The position numbers and the translations under genes are program-made. Positions 33,867 to 42,097 of a stretch of 64,000 nt of DNA are shown here, one piece after another; positions within the stretch are counted from its first letter, which is position 1, and every line of letters starts with the position of its first letter. The notes beneath the pieces were generated by a model, which did no database searches, was not told the DNA's origin, and saw only the letters and a list, made by a program, of their open reading frames with translations. Origin of the DNA: Escherichia phage vB_VIPECOMC06; sequence record PQ416618.1; one strand, written 5' to 3'.

Positions 33867-34172
33867 ATGAAATTAGGCGAAACCAACCGAATTGGTCTTT
33901 TAACAATATTTGCATCACCTTTTTACGCAGCCCTTTCTGTTGCAGTATTACAAAAGGCTTACGATATGGATGGTGTTCCTGGTTTTGTATTCTTATCGCC
34001 GTTTTTGCTATTCGTTGGAGCATTGTTATTATATGCCACGACTAGTTTCGACCATAACGTCTGGGTCAATTATAAATGTAAATTGTCTGAAGAAGAACAC
34101 GCGGAAGCTCGTAAAAAAGCTATTGAATCTACTAATCTAGAAAATTTCATTAAAGAATGTCGAGGAAAATAA
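33867..34172 (+). CDS. Small membrane protein (FIKECR-tail family)
   Basis: 101 aa; two hydrophobic segments; C-terminus ...LENFIKECRGK. Confidence 0.5.
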   Translation: MKLGETNRIGLLTIFASPFYAALSVAVLQKAYDMDGVPGFVFLSPFLLFVGALLLYATTSFDHNVWVNYKCKLSEEEHAEARKKAIESTNLENFIKECRGK

Positions 34173-34243
34173 TATGAATAGTTGATGGCAATGAAGGTAT
34201 TTCATACTATTCAGTAGATTGGACATCCTGTCCATCCTACTTA

Positions 34244-34642
34244 GTGAAACATATTTGCCAAGAATTTAAAATCGACCAGCCAGCAGGTATTATCGTGAAC
34301 AGATACATTAATGGATATCAACCTATCGATGAAGTAATACGAACAACCCAAGCTGAGCTTGAAAAGTTTTTCAATAAGTGCCAATGGATAACAGGATGGA
34401 TTATATTTGTACCATCGGTATGGTTTTTTAGTACTAAAGTAAGTGCCTTTGCCGTACTAGATATTATCGCCATCTTATTAGCATCTATTATCATAAGTGT
34501 TGTTGGTGGCATCATTGGCGGCGGTACCGCCGCCATCATTATTAATCTTATTAAAAGTAGTTTACAAGAACGTAAAGACAAGATAAAAGCCAAGAATAAT
34601 GAAGTTGAACGTTTTATTACCGAATGCAGGAATTTGAGATGA
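34244..34642 (+). CDS. Small membrane protein (FITECR-tail family), non-ATG (GTG) start
   Basis: 132 aa; no in-frame ATG in the N-terminal two-thirds and no clear SD; hydrophobic core with GG-rich segment; C-terminus ...ERFITECRNLR. Confidence 0.35.
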   Translation: MKHICQEFKIDQPAGIIVNRYINGYQPIDEVIRTTQAELEKFFNKCQWITGWIIFVPSVWFFSTKVSAFAVLDIIAILLASIIISVVGGIIGGGTAAIIINLIKSSLQERKDKIKAKNNEVERFITECRNLR

Positions 34643-35097
34643 TGAGTAAGAAAAATAAAGTGAAAGAACTATCAGCCGGTATTATTTTCCTTACCGAAGA
34701 TAAAGAATTATTCATGGGGCGTGTAACTGGTTCTCGTCCTAAAGGTTCTTTAGCTCATCGGTGGGATATTCCTAAAGGTCGTGTCGAGCCCGGCGAATCT
34801 CCTATTGAAGCCGCTATTCGTGAATGTGAAGAAGAAACTGGGTTTACACAATATGACCCTGCCTTCCTGAAAGACCTAGGTGAACATCGTTACTCAGACA
34901 ATAAGAATATTCATCTGTTCCTATATACCATCCCTGTAGAGCACGAGCAATTCAGAAACAGTGTTTGTAATTCCTATCATACGTTCCCAGACGGACGACA
35001 GATTCCTGAATTTGATGCATTCGCTTTAATTAAACCTTCTCAATGGGAATATGTAATGGGCAAATCATTATATAAGGTGCTCACTACCCTCCTATAA
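34639..35097 (+). CDS. nudE: Nudix hydrolase NudE (T4 e.1)
   Basis: Nudix box GRVEPGESPIEAAIRECEEETG; about 152 aa; adjacent to lysozyme gene e. Confidence 0.88.
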   Translation: MMSKKNKVKELSAGIIFLTEDKELFMGRVTGSRPKGSLAHRWDIPKGRVEPGESPIEAAIRECEEETGFTQYDPAFLKDLGEHRYSDNKNIHLFLYTIPVEHEQFRNSVCNSYHTFPDGRQIPEFDAFALIKPSQWEYVMGKSLYKVLTTLL

Positions 35098-35103
35098 GTA
35101 ATA

Positions 35104-35131
35104 AATACCTCCTATAAACGTGGGAGGTATT
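35104..35131 (+). promoter_or_regulatory. Gene e translational-control hairpin with embedded late promoter
   Basis: tacctcc-TATAAAcg-tgggaggta: stem ACCTCC/GGAGGT sequesters the SD (GGAGG); TATAAA late-promoter-like element sits in the loop, as described for T4 gene e. Confidence 0.6.
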
Positions 35132-35620
35132 ATGAATATATTTGAAATGCTTCGTAATGACGAAGGTCTTAGACTGACTTTATACAAAGACACTGAAGGC
35201 TTTTGGACGATTGGCATAGGTCATTTAGTAACAAAGAACCCGTCTTTAGCTGTAGCTAAAGCCGAACTTGACAGAATGATCGGGCGTAAATGCAACGGTA
35301 CAATTACCCTTGATGAGGCTGAAAAGTTATTTAATGAAGACGTTGATAAAGCTGTTCGCGGAATCTTGGGTAATGCTAAACTTAAACCGGTGTATGATTC
35401 TTTAGATGCAGTTCGTCGATGTGCATTGGTCAATATGGTCTTCCAAATGGGTGTAGCAGGCGTCGCCGGTTTTACTAATTCTCTTCGTATGCTTCAACAG
35501 AAACGTTGGGACGAAGCGGCAGTAAATCTAGCCCAATCTAAATGGTATCGTCAGACACCTAATCGCGCGAAACGCGTAATCTCAACATTTAAAACAGGAA
35601 CTTGGAAAGCGTATATATGA
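35132..35620 (+). CDS. e: Endolysin (T4 lysozyme)
   Basis: 162 aa; [32 protein letters not shown]...[13 protein letters not shown]...[15 protein letters not shown] matches T4 lysozyme, including the catalytic Glu11/Asp20/Thr26 region. Confidence 0.95.
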   Translation: MNIFEMLRNDEGLRLTLYKDTEGFWTIGIGHLVTKNPSLAVAKAELDRMIGRKCNGTITLDEAEKLFNEDVDKAVRGILGNAKLKPVYDSLDAVRRCALVNMVFQMGVAGVAGFTNSLRMLQQKRWDEAAVNLAQSKWYRQTPNRAKRVISTFKTGTWKAYI

Positions 35621-35898
35621 AAACATATAGTGAATTTTTATCAGAATCTATTCTTAACGAAGCTACTGACACATTTGCAACTAAGCTAGGTGCAGCTTTG
35701 GTTGAAGCTGAAAGTTTATTAGCACGTATTTCTGAACTTGCTAGTAAGATAGATACTCGCAAATTTGAGCGCACCAGTGATATCGTTAAGCTTGAAGCCT
35801 TGTTGCGTATGTGCGATAAACCAGAAGAAATCGCTAAGAACGGCTCGCTGATGAAACAACGTCTTGAAAAATATATTTCAGGCGCTTCAGAAAAATAG
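35617..35898 (+). CDS. Internal-protein-like protein with capsid targeting sequence
   Basis: Starts [10 protein letters not shown] (CTS-like); ATGA overlap with the gene e stop; 93 aa. Confidence 0.6.
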   Translation: MKTYSEFLSESILNEATDTFATKLGAALVEAESLLARISELASKIDTRKFERTSDIVKLEALLRMCDKPEEIAKNGSLMKQRLEKYISGASEK

Positions 35899-35930
35899 TG
35901 TTTACTTCCTCCAAGGACTTTGATACTATA
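35899..35930 (+). promoter_or_regulatory. Early promoter cassette
   Basis: gtttacttcctccaaggactttgatactat then caactacttggaggaaattATG. Confidence 0.5.
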
Positions 35931-35956
35931 CATTCATCAACTACTTGGAGGAAATT

Positions 35957-36370
35957 ATGACTCGTATCAATTTAACACTTGTTTCTGAACTGACCGACCA
36001 ACATCTTATGGCGGAGTATCGTGAATTACCACGCGTATTTGGTGCAGTCCGTAAACATGTTCAAAACGGTAAACGTGTAAAGGATTTTAAAATCTCTCCA
36101 ACATTTATCTTAGGCACAGGACACGTAACATTCTTTTACGACAAACTCGAATTTTTACGTTTACGTCAAATCGAGCTAATCGCTGAATGCTTGAAACGTG
36201 GTTTCAAAATCAAGGACACGACTGTCCAGGATATTTCCGACATCCCTGCAGAATTTCGTAATAATTATGTCCCGTCCGAAGCGTCCATTGCGATAAGTCA
36301 AGCACGCTTAGACGAAAAAATTGCCCAACGTCCTACTTGGTACAAATACTATGGTAAATCAATTTACTAA
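35957..36370 (+). CDS. denV: Endonuclease V (pyrimidine dimer DNA glycosylase)
   Basis: 137 aa; [34 protein letters not shown]...[22 protein letters not shown] matches T4 DenV almost exactly. Confidence 0.95.
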   Translation: MTRINLTLVSELTDQHLMAEYRELPRVFGAVRKHVQNGKRVKDFKISPTFILGTGHVTFFYDKLEFLRLRQIELIAECLKRGFKIKDTTVQDISDIPAEFRNNYVPSEASIAISQARLDEKIAQRPTWYKYYGKSIY

Positions 36371-36401
36371 GGAAAAAGGTTGCGATGGTAAAGCTTAAAT
36401 T

Positions 36402-36431
36402 GTTTACGCTTAAGTATTAATATGGTATAAT
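36402..36431 (+). promoter_or_regulatory. Early promoter (GTTTAC -35, TATAAT -10)
   Basis: gtttacgcttaagtattaatatggTATAAT upstream of the 36462 ORF. Confidence 0.5.
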
Positions 36432-36461
36432 TACTCTATCAAAACAAACAAGGAAACAAAA

Positions 36462-36776
36462 ATGAAAACGTATAAAGAATTTATTGCAGAATCCGCCAAC
36501 CAACGCGTTGAAGGTGGTTATATTTGGATTGAACAAGTTGAGCCACCGAGCCGCACTTCTACAGGTAAATGGAAAATTACTGTTGATGGTCCTGGTGGTA
36601 AACGTAGGACTCTTAAAGAAATTAATGGGTACTATGAAGAAGCTCTTTCGGATGCAGGAACTTACATGATGCAAATCATGATTAAAAACCCTGAAAACCG
36701 TTTTGCAGCTAAAGTCTTCCGTCGCATCGGTAATAAACTTTATGACGCATACTCTAAAAACTTCCCTAAAGAATAA
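36462..36776 (+). CDS. Internal protein (IPII-like) with capsid targeting sequence
   Basis: Starts MKTYKEFIAESA; 104 aa; near denV/e as are T4 ipII/ipIII. Confidence 0.75.
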   Translation: MKTYKEFIAESANQRVEGGYIWIEQVEPPSRTSTGKWKITVDGPGGKRRTLKEINGYYEEALSDAGTYMMQIMIKNPENRFAAKVFRRIGNKLYDAYSKNFPKE

Positions 36777-36802
36777 CATGAATTAAAACAATAGGAACAA
36801 AA

Positions 36803-37381
36803 ATGAAAACATATAAAGAATTTATCGCCGAGGCCTTTGCAGGAAAAGCTCAAGGCATTAATAAGGACGAGTGGACTTATCGTGGTGGAAACGGCTTTGA
36901 CCCTAAAACTGCTCCACTTGAACGATATCTAGCCACAAAGGCTTCCGACTTTAAAGCTTTCGCTTGGGAAGGACTTCGCTGGCGTAACGATCTAAATATT
37001 GAAGTTGACGGACTTAAATTTGCTCATATTGAAGATGTTGTTGCTAGTAACTTAGACGCAGCTTTTGTTAAAGCCGACAGTGATCTTCGACGCTGGAATT
37101 TAAAACTGTTCTCTAAACAAAAAGGACCGAAGTTTGTGCCTAAAGCTGGTAAATGGGTCATTGATAATAAATTAGCTAAGGCTGTCAACTACGCTGGTCT
37201 TGAATTCGCCAAGCACAAATCATCATGGAAAGGTCTTGATGCAATGGCTTTCCGTAAAGAATTTGCTGATGTTATGGCTAAAGGCGGCTTTAAGGCAGAA
37301 ATAGATACCTCTAAAGGTACGTTTAAAGACGCTAATGTTCAGTACGCTTACGCCGTTGCTAATGCAGCCCGTGGTAATTAA
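36803..37381 (+). CDS. Internal protein (IPIII-like) with capsid targeting sequence
   Basis: Starts MKTYKEFIAEAF; 192 aa (T4 IPIII ~193 aa). Confidence 0.75.
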   Translation: MKTYKEFIAEAFAGKAQGINKDEWTYRGGNGFDPKTAPLERYLATKASDFKAFAWEGLRWRNDLNIEVDGLKFAHIEDVVASNLDAAFVKADSDLRRWNLKLFSKQKGPKFVPKAGKWVIDNKLAKAVNYAGLEFAKHKSSWKGLDAMAFRKEFADVMAKGGFKAEIDTSKGTFKDANVQYAYAVANAARGN

Positions 37382-37419
37382 GGCCTATACTTAGGCCTAT
37401 TTACATTTAAAGGACACAT

Positions 37420-37749
37420 ATGAAAACATATCAAGAGTTTATCACTGAAGTTACATTATCTGCGGAACAGAAAGCTGCTATCGAAGAAGGTAAAAATCCC
37501 AAAGTAACATATAAAGTAAATAGTAAAGGCGTTTTTGATGGCTTGGTTCAAGACCCTGAATTGAAAAAAGCTCTTTCTAAAACTAATGCGTACTTTGCTC
37601 CTAAATTTAACACAGCCGGTGTACTTATTGGATTGGATGTATTCAACTCTAAAGGTGTTCTATCTAGTGCCTTTGGTTATGCCGCTAACAAAATTACCAA
37701 AGCCGCATGGGAATCCAATACCAAACAAGCTCAAAAGCCTAGAGTATAA
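37420..37749 (+). CDS. Internal protein with capsid targeting sequence
   Basis: Starts MKTYQEFITEV; 109 aa. Confidence 0.75.
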   Translation: MKTYQEFITEVTLSAEQKAAIEEGKNPKVTYKVNSKGVFDGLVQDPELKKALSKTNAYFAPKFNTAGVLIGLDVFNSKGVLSSAFGYAANKITKAAWESNTKQAQKPRV

Positions 37750-37922
37750 TTCTTGCCTAATAAAGGGAAACGCAACCTCTCCTTATGAACGTCGAGTCCT
37801 CTGAGTGATGTACCTTTTCCAACCTGTAATAAGGTCGAGCCCAAGTGCGGTAATGGGTTTACATAGCGAGTCGAAGGACCTAACATGTGCCACGGAATGG
37901 CCCCAACCTTAAGAGAAACTAA

Positions 37923-38462
37923 ATGAGAACATTTTTAACTGGACCTTATCTATCCCTGATGAATGCTTTTACACACCATTCTGATGCTAGAGTAGAAGAA
38001 ATTTGTAAGAACGGTTATGCCCCACCATTTGAAGACGTACTCAAGCAGTACTGTACACTTCGTTTAGATGGTGGCAGACAATCTGGTAAATCAACTGCAG
38101 TAACTAATTTTGCTGTTAATTGGCTGTATGACGGTGGAACGATTATTGTTCTTTCTAATACTTCAGCTTATGCTAAAATTTCTGCTGGCAACATTGAAAA
38201 AGAATTTTCTCGTTATTCTAGCGACGATATTCGATTCCGTTTATTTACTGATTCTGTTCGTAGTTTTATTGGCAATGAAGGTTCTAAATTCCGTGGATTA
38301 ACGCTTTCTCGTATTCTGTATATAATTGATGAGCCTATTAAAGCTCCTGATATGGATAAGATTTACAATGTCCATATTAAAACAGTCCAACACTGTTGCA
38401 AAAGCAAATATTGCATCAGCGGTAATGCTCGTCCTCAATTTTTTGTGATTGGAATGCAATGA
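37923..38462 (+). CDS. P-loop NTPase-like hypothetical protein
   Basis: 179 aa; Walker A-like GGRQSGKST and Walker B-like hhhhDE (LYIIDE). Confidence 0.45.
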   Translation: MRTFLTGPYLSLMNAFTHHSDARVEEICKNGYAPPFEDVLKQYCTLRLDGGRQSGKSTAVTNFAVNWLYDGGTIIVLSNTSAYAKISAGNIEKEFSRYSSDDIRFRLFTDSVRSFIGNEGSKFRGLTLSRILYIIDEPIKAPDMDKIYNVHIKTVQHCCKSKYCISGNARPQFFVIGMQ

Positions 38463-38767
38463 TGACAACTATTGAAGTTTTTGAGTATTGTTATAACAGC
38501 CCAGTATGCAATAAAAGGGCTCTTGTAGAAAATTATGAGATTTATCATTTTAAACCTAAACGATATCGTTTGACTAAAGGTCCGTTCGCAGGGCAGCAGG
38601 TTCTTTGTACTGCTCCTAATGCACGGTTGATGACTAGTATTCCGCATTTCAAAATGGAATTTATTGATGGGCCGTTTAAGGGATTAATCACTCAAAGTTT
38701 AATGGCGTTTAATTCCGACCCATTTTTGATTAAAGAAAAATCTTGGATAAATTTATTTTCTAATTGA
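38459..38767 (+). CDS. Hypothetical protein
   Basis: 102 aa; ATGA overlap with the upstream ORF. Confidence 0.45.
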   Translation: MMTTIEVFEYCYNSPVCNKRALVENYEIYHFKPKRYRLTKGPFAGQQVLCTAPNARLMTSIPHFKMEFIDGPFKGLITQSLMAFNSDPFLIKEKSWINLFSN

Positions 38768-38773
38768 GGTTAT

Positions 38774-39136
38774 ATGAAAGCATATCAAATTCTTGAAGGC
38801 ACGCATAAAGGTACTATTTATTTTGAAGACGGTATTCAAGCACGAATTATTGTCTCTAAAACTTTTAAAGAAGACGCTATTGTAGACCCGGAAATTTTCT
38901 ACGGTTTGAATGCTCGTGAAATTGAAATTGAACATCAACCTAAAGTTAAAATTGAAGGTGGTCAACACCTGAACGTTAACGTTCTGCGTCGCGAAACTCT
39001 GGAAGATGCAGTTAAGCATCCAGAAAAATATCCACAGCTGACCATCCGTGTATCTGGTTATGCAGTTCGCTTTAACTCTCTGACTCCAGAACAGCAGCGC
39101 GACGTTATCGCTCGTACCTTTACTGAGAGTCTATAA
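38774..39136 (+). CDS. Autonomous glycyl radical cofactor (GrcA/YfiD-like spare-part protein)
   Basis: 120 aa; C-terminal half [63 protein letters not shown] is essentially the E. coli GrcA/PflB glycyl-radical domain (RVSGY motif). Confidence 0.85.
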   Translation: MKAYQILEGTHKGTIYFEDGIQARIIVSKTFKEDAIVDPEIFYGLNAREIEIEHQPKVKIEGGQHLNVNVLRRETLEDAVKHPEKYPQLTIRVSGYAVRFNSLTPEQQRDVIARTFTESL

Positions 39137-39360
39137 TGGCTAAATTGATTATAGAAGGGTCTGAAGATGTTTTAAAATGTTTTGCCGCCTGGTTTAGTTG
39201 CTCAGGCGAGCAATCATTCATTGAAGCATTTAGAACGGGTGATATTACTGGAAAATATCCGTCAACCGATATCACTGTACGCGGATATGGTATTAATGAG
39301 CCTATCCAATTGGTCGAATATGACCTTGCCACCGATGAGGAAATTCCTTATGTCGATTGA
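39136..39360 (+). CDS. Hypothetical protein
   Basis: 74 aa ORF, ATG directly after the previous stop. Confidence 0.4.
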   Translation: MAKLIIEGSEDVLKCFAAWFSCSGEQSFIEAFRTGDITGKYPSTDITVRGYGINEPIQLVEYDLATDEEIPYVD

Positions 39361-39616
39361 AGACATCAAAGGCTACAAGCCGCATACCGATGATAAAATC
39401 AGTAAAGTGAACGCTATTAAAGATGCAGAAGTCCGTCTTGGATTGATGTTTGATGCTCTGATTGAAGAAGCATATATCTTGAAAGAAAATGAATCAGAGC
39501 AACAAACCAAAGAAGATATGGATGCAGTGCAGGCTCTTAAGTATGCTAAGCAACATCTAAAAGAAGCCAGCATGTGGGCATGTCGTGCAGTATTTCGACC
39601 TGAGGAAAAATACTAA
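39350..39616 (+). CDS. Hypothetical protein
   Basis: 88 aa from MSIEDIKGY; overlaps the upstream ORF end. Confidence 0.4.
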   Translation: MSIEDIKGYKPHTDDKISKVNAIKDAEVRLGLMFDALIEEAYILKENESEQQTKEDMDAVQALKYAKQHLKEASMWACRAVFRPEEKY

Positions 39617-39831
39617 TGGCTTCTACTATTACTGGGTTATTGGACTTTCAAGAAAAGGTCAACAAAATTTGTAGTGAATACTTAAAGTATCTTGAAGAAG
39701 ACCTTGAAGATTGTAAGGAAGAAGGCGAAGAAGACTATGCTGACCAGCGTCGTCGCCAAATCGAAGAGATGAGGCATTTCGCCGATATGGTATCTAAAGA
39801 ATCTTGGGCTTTAACTCCATTTTATCAATAA
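39616..39831 (+). CDS. Hypothetical acidic protein
   Basis: 71 aa ORF. Confidence 0.4.
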   Translation: MASTITGLLDFQEKVNKICSEYLKYLEEDLEDCKEEGEEDYADQRRRQIEEMRHFADMVSKESWALTPFYQ

Positions 39832-39835
39832 AGTA

Positions 39836-39866
39836 GTTTACTTCTCCTCTAGATGTGTTACTATAG
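39836..39866 (+). promoter_or_regulatory. Early promoter cassette upstream of regB
   Basis: gtttacttctcctctagatgtgttactatagacct then gtcaactagaggagaaatcaaaATG. Confidence 0.5.
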
Positions 39867-39892
39867 ACCTGTCAACTAGAGGAGAAATCAAA

Positions 39893-40351
39893 ATGACTAT
39901 CAATTCTGACGTTTTTATCCGCCGTAATAAACTCCGTCGAATCTTTGAAACGGAGTTCCGCAAAATAAATGCCGGTATAAAAGATGCTGCAAAGTCTCTT
40001 GGAATACCAGGCTTTCATATCAAGTATTCTCAACATCTCTTAGATCGTGCTATCCAGAGAGAAATAGATGAGAACTACGTTTTTGAATTATTTCGTAAAG
40101 TAAAAAATCATGTTAAAGAAGTTGCAGAATTTTTATCAATGCCGGCACGTCCAGATGTTGATGAAGATTTTGTCGAAGGTGTTGAATATCGCCCAGGCCG
40201 TTTAGAAATAACTGACGGAAATCTTTGGTTAGGACTTACAGTTTGTCGCGAAAATCCAGCATTCAAAATGAAGACTCTTCAATGCAGAATGGCTATTATT
40301 AACAGTAAACGACTACCAGGAAAAGCTTCTAAAGCAGTGATTAAAATCTAG
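39893..40351 (+). CDS. regB: RegB site-specific endoribonuclease
   Basis: 152 aa; MTINSDVFIRRNKLRR...KYSQHLLDRAIQREIDENYVFELF...GVEYRPGRLEITDGNLWLG...LQCRMAIINSKRLPGKASKAVIK matches T4 RegB. Confidence 0.93.
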   Translation: MTINSDVFIRRNKLRRIFETEFRKINAGIKDAAKSLGIPGFHIKYSQHLLDRAIQREIDENYVFELFRKVKNHVKEVAEFLSMPARPDVDEDFVEGVEYRPGRLEITDGNLWLGLTVCRENPAFKMKTLQCRMAIINSKRLPGKASKAVIKI

Positions 40352-40359
40352 AGGTAAAC

Positions 40360-40902
40360 ATGAGAAAAGCACTACTCGCTGGTCTATTTGCTCTTTCATT
40401 ATCAGCACATAGCTCCGAGCATACTTTTAGTAATGTCCAACTCGATAACTTGAATTATGCTTATCAGTTTGGGGAACAGTTTTCTAAGGACGGAAAATTT
40501 AAAACGCATGAAAATATGCATAAGAAAGGACTTGGATACATAATGGCCGCAATACTATGGCAGGAATCATCTGCCGGTATTAATCTTAAAGATAAGAAAG
40601 GTCACCATGCGTATGGAATGTTCCAAAATTATCTACCAACAATGAGGGCAAGAATTAACCAGCTTGGTTATAATATGACTGATGCCCAAATTAAGAAAAT
40701 GCTATCTAAGCGGTCTAATTCAGCCAGATGGGCTTATATCGAATTTTCTTATTGGTTAAATATACATAACGGGGATATAAGAAAAGCTATATCCTCATAT
40801 AATGCGGGATGGAAGACGAGTGCTGGAAGTAAATATGCTTCTGAAGTCCTAGAAAAGGCTAATTACCTTAAATCAAACAAACTACTGGAAATAAAAGAAT
40901 GA
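40360..40902 (+). CDS. Secreted protein, possible lytic-transglycosylase-like
   Basis: 180 aa; N-terminal signal peptide MRKALLAGLFALSLSAHS; WQESS...YGMFQ resembles the SLT E-S / G-(L/M)-x-Q motif. Confidence 0.4.
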   Translation: MRKALLAGLFALSLSAHSSEHTFSNVQLDNLNYAYQFGEQFSKDGKFKTHENMHKKGLGYIMAAILWQESSAGINLKDKKGHHAYGMFQNYLPTMRARINQLGYNMTDAQIKKMLSKRSNSARWAYIEFSYWLNIHNGDIRKAISSYNAGWKTSAGSKYASEVLEKANYLKSNKLLEIKE

Positions 40903-41246
40903 CCAAAATGTTGGCTTTAATAGTTGGCTTGGTTTCATTTAACGCTCTTGCTAATACTACATATACTGATGTAACGGAGTATACAAACAGAACAGCGTCT
41001 GATTATTGTGGTAAAAGTCAAGAGTGTAAAGTAGATTTTTCACAAAAATTGTTATATGCGTATAAAGACGGAGAAAAAGATGGGGCGTCTAGTAGGTTCA
41101 AGGCGTCTACCTTAATTAAAAGATACTATAAAAAATGGCAAATATTAGAATGCTCGGTGGCGGAACCTAAAGATAAGGCAGCATGCAATTCTATGGTGGA
41201 CCGTCTAGTTGACTCTTATACTAGAGGACTTGCAGCAAGTGATTAA
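40899..41246 (+). CDS. Secreted/periplasmic hypothetical protein
   Basis: 115 aa; signal peptide MTKMLALIVGLVSFNALA; four Cys. Confidence 0.45.
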   Translation: MTKMLALIVGLVSFNALANTTYTDVTEYTNRTASDYCGKSQECKVDFSQKLLYAYKDGEKDGASSRFKASTLIKRYYKKWQILECSVAEPKDKAACNSMVDRLVDSYTRGLAASD

Positions 41247-41706
41247 AAACTATATCAAGGGCGATATTGTCGCCCTGTTTTCTAAAGGTAATAATATTGC
41301 TCATGGGTGTAATTGTTTTCATACAATGGGCGCTGGTGTGGCAGGACAATTAGCAAAGGCTTATCCAAAAATTCTAGAAGCCGATAAACTTCAAACCGAA
41401 TTCGGAGACGAGTCTAAACTCGGGACTTATTCGGTTTATGAAAAATATTTTAAGACCCATAAAGCTTATTGCTTTAATCTTTATACACAGTTTGAGCCTG
41501 GACCTAATTTTGAGTACTATGCTTTAATGAATTGTATAATAGAATTAAATGAATTCGGAAAGAATAAGATAACAAAGCCTGTAATTTATATGCCAAGAAT
41601 TGGTGCAGGTATCGGTGGCGGAAACTGGGATGTCATCGAAGAGATTTTAGATACGTATTCCACTAAACTAGAAATTGTGATTGTTGATTGGGAACCATTA
41701 TTATGA
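41209..41706 (+). CDS. Macro-domain protein (Poa1/ADP-ribose-1''-phosphate phosphatase-like), non-ATG start
   Basis: KGDIVALFSKGNNIAHGCNCFHTMGAGVAGQLAKAYP resembles the Poa1 macro motif ([25 protein letters not shown]); no in-frame ATG before this motif, so the start is TTG 41209 or GTG 41239 (GAGGA SD 10 nt upstream of the GTG). Confidence 0.6.
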   Translation: MTLILEDLQQVIKNYIKGDIVALFSKGNNIAHGCNCFHTMGAGVAGQLAKAYPKILEADKLQTEFGDESKLGTYSVYEKYFKTHKAYCFNLYTQFEPGPNFEYYALMNCIIELNEFGKNKITKPVIYMPRIGAGIGGGNWDVIEEILDTYSTKLEIVIVDWEPLL

Positions 41707-41915
41707 ATATACATTATCCACATCCATATGACCCAAAGAATAAGGCAGTAATTATTCGTCAATGGGAACGCATTTGTCGTACCAAATGTCCAATTAATAG
41801 TCCACACGATGTAGATAAAGACTACATCGGAACATTCGTTGAATATACCTTTATTGATAAGAAAGGCCGTAAACAACATGTAGAAGAATACTGCTTAAAG
41901 GTGACATGGCTATGA
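41703..41915 (+). CDS. Hypothetical Cys-containing protein
   Basis: 70 aa from MNIHYPHP; ATGA overlap with the macro-domain ORF stop. Confidence 0.4.
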   Translation: MNIHYPHPYDPKNKAVIIRQWERICRTKCPINSPHDVDKDYIGTFVEYTFIDKKGRKQHVEEYCLKVTWL

Positions 41916-42097
41916 GTTTAAGCAAAGAACAAAAAGACAAACTCTTTTCTCTTATCCATGAAGTTATGGATAAAAATAGTGAATTGGAAAAAGTTTGTAA
42001 TGAATGCGGTCCTTTTAGTGCAAACGAGTACGAAGAACTTTCTAAAGAATTCGATAATAAAGAGCAAGAACTCATTGATTATATAAATTCCTTATGA
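41906..42097 (+). CDS. Hypothetical small helical protein
   Basis: 63 aa; similar in size and composition to the next ORF. Confidence 0.4.
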   Translation: MAMSLSKEQKDKLFSLIHEVMDKNSELEKVCNECGPFSANEYEELSKEFDNKEQELIDYINSL

